Shown here: in pieces, positions 37,177 through 44,815 of the stretch
Layout: each line of letters opens with the position of its first letter
How positions within the stretch are numbered: the first letter of the stretch is position 1
Source of the DNA: Octopus bimaculoides
Lineage: Eukaryota
Length of the DNA: 44,815 bases
Assembly (NCBI RefSeq): GCF_001194135.2
Contig: NC_068992.1
Location: 53,785,983-53,830,797 of the forward strand
Reading direction: 5' to 3'
Position numbers and translations under genes: made by a program
Notes under the pieces: model-generated
What the model was told of the DNA's origin: nothing
What the model saw: the letters and a program-made list of their open reading frames with translations, nothing else
Databases searched by the model: none

Positions 37177-37609
37177 GCATATATATGTACGTATGTATGA
37201 ATGTTTGTATATATGTATATATATGAGGATTTTTATTCTGCTTACATACGTACGTCCTCATGTGTCAATGTATATATGCGTACAATAGTACGTATTTGTC
37301 TCGAATGCGAATGACTTAGATTTCACATGTAAAACAACTTAAAAAAAAGAGAAAAATGAAAAATGAAGGTTTATTAATTTGACAGATTTGTTGCAGTATT
37401 CCTCAGCAAACGTAAACAGTAATAACAAAAATAGAAGTTATTACACATATAGCAGACAGAAAAAAAATAATATATTTATATTACAAATATGATGTAAATT
37501 TCAGTTGATTCAACCACAAATTTTCTAGCAGATATATGAACAATACAGTTGAAAATCTTACAAAATATTCTTGCCCAGTGGGAGACAAGCCGGTACAGGT
37601 AGACTAGTA

Positions 37610-37624
37610 CAGATAGATACATAA

Positions 37625-37671
<47 letters not shown>

Positions 37672-37753
37672 CTTAGTTAGTTAGATAGATTGATAGATAG
37701 ATAGATAGATAGATAGATACTTAGTTAGTTAGATAGATAGATAGATAGATAGA
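37610..37753. repeat. (TAGA)n microsatellite with a duplicated TACTTAGTTAGTTAG interruption
   Basis: Directly visible; the interruption occurs near 37668 and 37717. Confidence 0.9.
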
Positions 37754-38301
37754 TGAATCGAAATTTAGAGAAGAGGATGGGAGAAAAAGAGCGAGATAGA
37801 CAGATAGACTCGCAAATAATGTAACGTATTTGAATGAAAACTATTTCGATGAAACTGTTTAGATAAATTACAGTACATTTCCTCAAGGGCTGTAAAACTC
37901 TTGAGATGTTGTCTAAGAAATGAACAAAAAAACAACAGCCACACAGAAATGCACAGAAGCGCACACGCACGCACTCACACACAAGCAGTCACGTACATTT
38001 AGATATTATATCTGCGTGTATATATACATACGTATATACATACATATGTATATATATATATTTGTGTATATAGTCATTTGTTTAGAGAGTATGACAACAA
38101 GGACAACAACATTTTCAACAGCAACGATGACTAAAGGACAATCATCTAATTAGTCAACATCATCATCATTATCATTGTCGTCGTGATGGTCATCTTCGTT
38201 ATTTTATTCATGTAACGATACCGATGCTCAACAACTTCAATAGTAATATACGTTTCCCTTTCATCTTAGTGGTTTCGATCAAATAATGTGCCAGTCACTT
38301 A

Positions 38302-38520
38302 TATTCTTTCCAACTCTATGCACAAAACCCGAAATTTTGGGGGAGGGGACCAGTCGATTAGATCGACCCCCAGTACCGACCTGGTACTTAATTCATCGAC
38401 TCCGAAAGGATGAAAGGCAAAGTCGACCTCGGCGGAATTTGATCTCACAACGAATGGCAGACAAAATACCGCTAAAAATTTCGCCCGGCGTGCTCACGTT
38501 TCTGCCAGCTCACCGCCTTA
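38302..38520 (-). mobile_element. SINE family B, full length and best preserved
   Basis: CGAAATTTTGGGGGAGGGGACCAGTCGATTAGATCGACCCC...GAAAGGATGAAAGGCAAAGTCGACCTCGGCGGAATTTG...CGCCCGGCGTGCT...CTGCCAGCTCACCGCCTTA. Confidence 0.92.
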
Positions 38521-38588
38521 CCAGTCACTTAAATTAGAAGAGTGATGCGGCTCTGCTCTGGGTTCCTCATATTGTAGCCTTCAATATT

Positions 38589-38786
38589 AAGGTGGCGAGC
38601 CGGCAAATCAGTGGTACACCGGAATTTTGTGTCTTTAAGTTGCCTTCAAATTCTTCCAAGGTCGACTTCGACTTTTATCGTCTCGATATCGATAATCTAA
38701 TTAACTGTTGAGTACGAGGGGTTGAGGCAAGTAACTTGCCCGTCCTCCGAAATTGCTGGCCTTGTTCCAAAGTTGGAAACCAATAT
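38589..38786 (+). mobile_element. SINE family B, diverged, head-to-head with the previous copy
   Basis: AAGGTGGCGAGCCGGCA...AAGGTCGACTT...GAGTAC..GGGGTTGA...GAAATTGCTGGCCTTGTTCC. Confidence 0.7.
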
Positions 38787-39589
38787 CGTAGCGTTGTATT
38801 AATCTGAGAAATTGTTATTATGGTAAGTTTACAGAATCGTTACAGCGTGGCGAAAATACCTCACCATGTTTGTTCCGATATCTTTTATTCCGAGGTCACA
38901 TACCAACGAGAATAACATTGCCTGCGTCATTTCTTATTCAAAGAATTGAAGTAGCACTAATGCATAGGCTTGATGTAATCAACTAACACTTTAACCATGA
39001 TCAAGAGCAATATATTCAAGCTTAATTTGTTTCAGATATACAGTATTTAATTATGGGATCACGTTGAGAAAAAATACAACCTTCTTCTTTTGTGTAATTA
39101 TAAAGTTCTTTCGCTGGTATTTCTAGCTTACGGAATGACATTAAGGTGCTTCCGTCATTGGCTCAACTGACGATGTTTCTTTGTAATTACTGTTCCTTGT
39201 TTGGTTATATGACGTATAGCCTTCCATAAATTTAGCGCAATGTGATCATGGTTTTACGTGAGAAGAATGAAAGAATAAGTTACGTTTAACAGAAGAGAAT
39301 ACAAATTTACAAAATGATATAATTTGAGCAGGTTTCTTTGTCGGCAACAATTAAAGAATAATTGCTTGAATGCATTGCAGGGCGTGAACACGTTTGTTCC
39401 CATAAAAGCAGCATGATGTCTCTGTGTATCAGTGCACTAAGTAAACTTAATGCATTTCGTATTTACAGATATGTCTCGAGGTGATAATGAAGGCATGCAC
39501 CGAATGCAGTACGCGTCACACAAAACATATTCATAAATAGAATTCTTACAAAACCACACACACGTACAGTCACTTACATACACACATGT

Positions 39590-39715
39590 ATGCATGAATG
39601 CATGCATGTGTGTATGTATGCATGTATGTGTGTAGGTATGTGTTTATGTATGTATGTATTTATGTATGTATGTATGTATGTATGTATGTATGTATGTATG
39701 TATGCATGCTTATGC
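39590..39715. repeat. (TATG)n microsatellite
   Basis: Directly visible. Confidence 0.9.
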
Positions 39716-39960
39716 ATGTCAGTTTGATTCTGCTCTTCATAACTTAAAGCTTCGCTGGTGCAGAGGACACGCCCATCTCCTAAGATGTTTGAAGAGAGAT
39801 TTAAGACAGATTATCCATACATGTGAGATGGATGTGCCCAATATATCCAGACAATTTAAGACGTGTGGAGTTGAGTTAAACAGTTATTTAAATCATATGT
39901 GACTGTTGCCAAAATGTTGGTTGTCACTTCTTTCGTTGGTCCATTNNNNNNNNNNNNNNN

Positions 39961-40005
<45 letters not shown>

Positions 40006-41849
40006 GGAGAGAGAGAGAGAGAGAGACAGAGAGAAGTAGATGTAGGGATAAGCTTGTTAGACAAGTCAATTTAATTAGTATATTAAATACATGAAATGCA
40101 AGAAATGTATATATGTTTACATACATAAAGGTCCGATTTACACAGAATAGGAATGATATCGAGAATTAAAGAGGTTGAAGAAAAATATTACAAATCTAAC
40201 AGCTGTTTCTGGGGGCTCGGTGGTCCAAAATTGTAGATTGATTCCATCGTCTGATGAGACGAGCCTCCGTCTTCAGTGAAGAGATCTTACATTTGAGCTG
40301 ATGAAAGAAGGAAGTTAAAACATTTACTTCTCTACGCGCTTTAGTTTGAATCTGTTGAGCACTACTAAGTATATTCTATACGGAGTATATCTGACTCTCA
40401 TCTATGATATATATATATATATATATATATGAATGTGTGTGTATGTGTGTATGTATAATGCAGATATCAAACACGTTTAGATGAGCAAAGACAAATTATA
40501 TATAGGCTTTCAGATTTTAGTCCTATAGATATTTTACATAAGATATCTTCTATGGAGTGAGTTAGTCTTGGAGAGAACATCTGAACCACACTCAGTGGGC
40601 AATTCCAGACCCAGAAAGAAGATATAATTCGTACAAACAATGATGTGGATTGTTTTATGCGTGCAAAGAGTGATTACAAAGCAGGAAGTAACTATATAGT
40701 TCCCGCAAGCATTATCTATATAGAATTTGTACAAACGAAGCAAAGAACTTTATTTTGTCCCTGCAGGATTATCTTTACTCTTGTGTACATATATTCATTG
40801 ATCTACTTGCATAGCTAATCGATTGAGTTTCCCTCCCTCCGTCATGCTGTTAGTGTTTAAATTATTTTTAAAGTATCAGTAAATTTCAGTCGATATCTCT
40901 ACAGTTTCAATTCGTTTACATATTTTGCACTTCTTTATGCAAATATGTATGGTTATACCATCTGCGCATATTCTCTGTATGAATGTGCGCAGTTATATAT
41001 GTATTTAGATAAATTCGTATACGTATTTTTATTTACTTTTTTTAAATCGATAATGTTCAAAATTTAAGTCCCATTACGCTCTACATTTTCACCTATAAAA
41101 GTTCACCTTGCCACAGCATTGATAGCCTAAAAGCTAATTAAATATTTCTCTCGCCTTTTTATAAATTCATTTATTCTCTCCCACACAAGCGTTTCGTATT
41201 CATACCATAAAACTATTATCCCGCGACGTTCCATTGTGACCCTTATTTAAGTCCTAACAAACTAAGGCATTATATAAAATTATTAATAATCACCTTGACA
41301 AAACGCTTATTACTTTAATTATTTTCTATCATATATTCTATAAATAAGCTAGAATCTTTGAATATATCACGTATTACATCTATTCCTCGATCTATATTTG
41401 TCAGAGGCGTTGCAAATTTAGGCACTTACCTTTACTTACTGAATACTAACAGTTTTATCTGAAAAAATAGTATCGTTCTCTAAAAATTTTCAAATATTTA
41501 TTTCTATTCGTTTTTGTTAACAAAATGTTTATATTTTTGATAAGTTGATTTATCTTCATATAGAAATTAGTATAATTGATAGACAAACTTATTTTTAATG
41601 TCCTTTTATCTTCATATAGAAGTGAACGGTTTTCTTATATTACCTTACTCCACATTCTTCCCCGCATCTTCACATTACGTCTTCTTCATAATGTGTTCCT
41701 TTTTCTCAATGTTGAAAATTATATCGTATTTAAAGTATTTTATATACTGCACTTTACGATCGTTTTAACAATATTTGACTCTTTCAAAGTGACAAAGTAA
41801 AATATTTCTAAACAGAATTTTATAAAGATTTACGTGTCTGTGTGTCTAT

Positions 41850-41851
<2 letters not shown>

Positions 41852-41918
<67 letters not shown>
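41852..41918. repeat. (AG)n microsatellite
   Basis: Directly visible. Confidence 0.95.
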
Positions 41919-41920
<2 letters not shown>

Positions 41921-42329
41921 GTGTATGTGTGATTTTGTTCTGTGTATTTAAATGGTATCTATATTTATGTTGATACAAATCAAAGCATAACTGTAGCTGT
42001 TGTTCATGTCCCTTAGCGTAGCGGTTCAATTAATAGGATTCAATAAAATTGATATTGGCGGGTCAACTAAAATCCTATGAAAATGACGACGCACCGTGAT
42101 CGTTGTCCGATAACTGAAACTGATAAATGATTCAAAGATACCGCACACACATCCCACACACACACACTCACACACAGACAGGCACACACACACAGGCCTC
42201 GCGCATACATACACTCACGCTCACACATACACCCAGCAAGAGAGCAAGAGATGGAACGAGAGCCAAATAGAGAAGTAGAGAAGGAGGGAGAGAAAGAGAA
42301 TGTATTGTATGCAACAGCTTATCTATTTG

Positions 42330-42414
42330 TATTCTATTTCGCATGCATTTCTCTTCGCATTAATTTGATTTCTGATTTATTTTATCTCTGATTTCTTTCT
42401 ACTTTTAGGTAAGT
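42330..42414 (+). other. Candidate recursive splice site (3' splice site directly followed by a consensus 5' splice site)
   Basis: About 90 nt free of AG and T/C-rich, ending TTTCTTTCTACTTTTAG|GTAAGT at 42407-42414. Confidence 0.4.
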
Positions 42415-43901
42415 CTTTAACAATATGATTCTTTGAAACGAAAACAGAAAATGTGAGAGGCATAATTGAATATATGTGATAGGTACGTATCTGGTTTATT
42501 AATGTCGACGAGTTGCATTTTTCTTATCAGTTGTAACGCTATAGCACATCATAAAATTGCTAGTTCCTTAAAATGCTATTAGTTCTTCTAATCTTGAGGT
42601 GAATTGACAAACAGCTTTTACGAACATTTTTGCATAATAAACAATGTATGAGAAAAATCAAATAGGTGTGGGCGTAAGATGAAGTTGCCACATGAAAAAA
42701 AAAAAAAAAACGTTTTGATAAGTCATCGAATCACTTCTTCCTTTCTACATCGCTCCTTCAAACTTCATTCATTACAGAGTTGAACAATTTGAGAAAGAAA
42801 TAGGTTTTAGATATTCAAGAATTAAGGAAGGAGAATTAATCTTGTTATGTTGGCCTAATGAACTGGATCAAGTCATTGAGGAAATGTTCGCATTCAAAGC
42901 GAGTTTTGTAGAACCAAACGGTATACAAACATACATACATACATGCACACACATATATACATGCATATATGTGTGTGTATATTCATACATACGTATGTAT
43001 ATATATATAGATATCCATGTACAGATATATATATATATATANNNNNNNNNNNNNNNNNNNNNNNNNNNNNNNNNNNNNNNNNNNNNNNNNNNNNNNNNNN
43101 NNNNNNNNNNNNNNNNNNNNNNNNNNNNNNNNNNNNNNNNNNNNNNNNNNNNNNNNNNNNNNNNNNNNNNNNNNNNNNNNNNNNNNNNNNNNNNNNNNNN
43201 NNNNNNNNNNNNNNNNNNNNNNNNNNNNNNNNNNNNNNNNNNNNNNNNNNNNNNNNNNNNNNNNNNNNNNNNNNNNNNNNNNNNNNNNNNNNNNNNNNNN
43301 NNNNNNNNNNNNNNNNNNNNNNNNNNNNNNNNNNNNNNNNNNNNNNNNNNNNNNNNNNNNNNNNNNNNNNNNNNNNNNNNNNNNNNNNNNNNNNNNNNNN
43401 NNNNNNNNNNNNNNNNNNNNNNNNNNNNNNNNNNNNNNNNNNNNNNNNNNNNNNNNNNNNNNNNNNNNNNNNNNNNNNNNNNNNNNNNNNNNNNNNNNNN
43501 NNNNNNNNNNNNNNNNNNNNNNNNNNNNNNNNNNNNNNNNNNNNNNNNNNNNNNNNNNNNNNNNNNNNNNNNNNNNNNNNNNNNNNNNNNNNNNNNNNNN
43601 NNNNNNNNNNNNNNNNNNNNNNNNNNNNNNNNNNNNNNNNNNNNNNNNNNNNNNNNNNNNNNNNNNNNNNNNNNNNNNNNNNNNNNNNNNNNNNNNNNNN
43701 NNNNNNNNNNNNNNNNNNNNNNNNNNNNNNNNNNNNNNNNNNNNNNNNNNNNNNNNNNNNNNNNNNNNNNNNNNNNNNNNNNNNNNNNNNNNNNNNNNNN
43801 NNNNNNNNNNNNNNNNNNNNNNNNNNNNNNNNNNNNNNNNNNNNNNNNNNNNNNNNNNNNNNNNNNNNNNNNNNNNNNNNNNNNNNNNNNNNNNNNNNNN
43901 N

Positions 43902-43941
<40 letters not shown>

Positions 43942-43982
43942 TAGCCATAGATAATATATATTGTGCATATATATATGGGTTT

Positions 43983-44390
43983 TGTATCACAAGAGATAAT
44001 GGAAAAGACAATGGTTATCACTTAATGAGTGGTCTGTTCAAAACCAAAACCAGAACACCATCCACAAAAGTTCTTGATTTATCCTTGGTGGGACATGAAA
44101 CGCATCGTCCATTACGAGCTACTGGAACAAAGAAGGACCATCGATGCAGATGTCTCTTGCCAATAGCTTGATCGTATACTTCAAAAATCACGTCGAAAGT
44201 GGCCAGCTTTATTAAACAGAAAGGGTGTTAGTAGCCGGCGCTCTTAACCACCACGCCATATGCCTGTGAGCATATGGCGTGGTGTTATTCTCCAGTATGA
44301 CGGTGCATGGCGACACTCTTCAAAACATGCCTAAGACGAAAATAACATCGTTAGGATGGGACGTTCTTCAACATCCATCACATGACTTAG
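43983..44390 (+). mobile_element. mariner transposase pseudogene fragment (catalytic region)
   Basis: Frames give ITRDN (TGDE-like), PKPEHHPQKFLIYPWWDMKRIVHYELLEQRRTIDADVSCQ*LDRILQKSRRKWPALLNRKGV|ILQYDGAWRH (HDNARPH-like) and LGWDVLQHPSHDL (HPPYSPDL-like), with stops, frameshifts and an internal insertion. Confidence 0.85.
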
Positions 44391-44815
44391 AATCTATAAG
44401 AGATAAAGCATTCAGAAACAGGCAGGAAGCTGAAACGAGTCTTTCAGACAGTTTTAGGAAAAGAAATAGCTTTCTTTGGACGTGGGATAAGGAAGTTAAT
44501 TTCTCGTTGGGCTACAGTTGTTGAAAACAATAGTGAGTAAATTGTTGATAAAAAAACAAAAGAACTATTCAGATAAACGTAGTCCACATTTATTTTTATA
44601 TGCTTTCTGGGAAAATACAATTCCTTTTCGAACACCACGTAATATATATGCTAATATATAAATATATACATTCATTCATATATTGATACGTCTGTTCATA
44701 TGACTATATATTTATGTATGTATGTAGTTATATAACTATATATTTCCATTGCTATATATATATATATATATATATAGATATATAGGAAAATGTAAAAAAG
44801 CCAGAATGCTGAACT

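Noticed and set aside
40251-40325. Two CTGATGA motifs suggesting hammerhead cores
   Set aside because: The first has a stem II but no GAAA; the second lacks a stem II and has AAAA instead of GAAA
42842-44171. Long ORFs up to 384 aa (also at 5842-6412, 11986-12602, 27373-28153, 31295-31639, 36476-37079)
   Set aside because: Open only because of N-gaps and (TA)n/(GT)n runs; not coding evidence

Overview
AT-rich, repeat-dense eukaryotic genomic DNA. The SINE families, microsatellite load and gap pattern look like an Octopus (coleoid cephalopod) draft assembly; this is inference from recalled repeat sequences, not a database hit. About 2.8 kb is N-gaps, mostly flanked by (TA)n. Most listed ORFs are artefacts of microsatellites or Ns. 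Well supported: about 20 copies or fragments of three tRNA-derived SINE families, two decayed Tc1/mariner transposase fragments, short LINE and Penelope-like termini, many microsatellites and two local tandem duplications. No protein-coding gene can be called with confidence. A phase-compatible chain of minus-strand candidate exons (33758 to 25691, possibly extending to 38930 and 10291) gives a protein with weak T-box-like motif spacing, but this is speculative. Most interesting observations: a candidate recursive splice site (AG|GTAAGT, 42407-42414); several fold-back or templated-insertion scars, including a 50-bp SINE-head insertion inside a mariner relic; minimal hammerhead-like motifs in Penelope-like ends; and a pre-miRNA-like hairpin at 2772-2838. 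No CRISPR, rRNA or true tRNA genes were seen.
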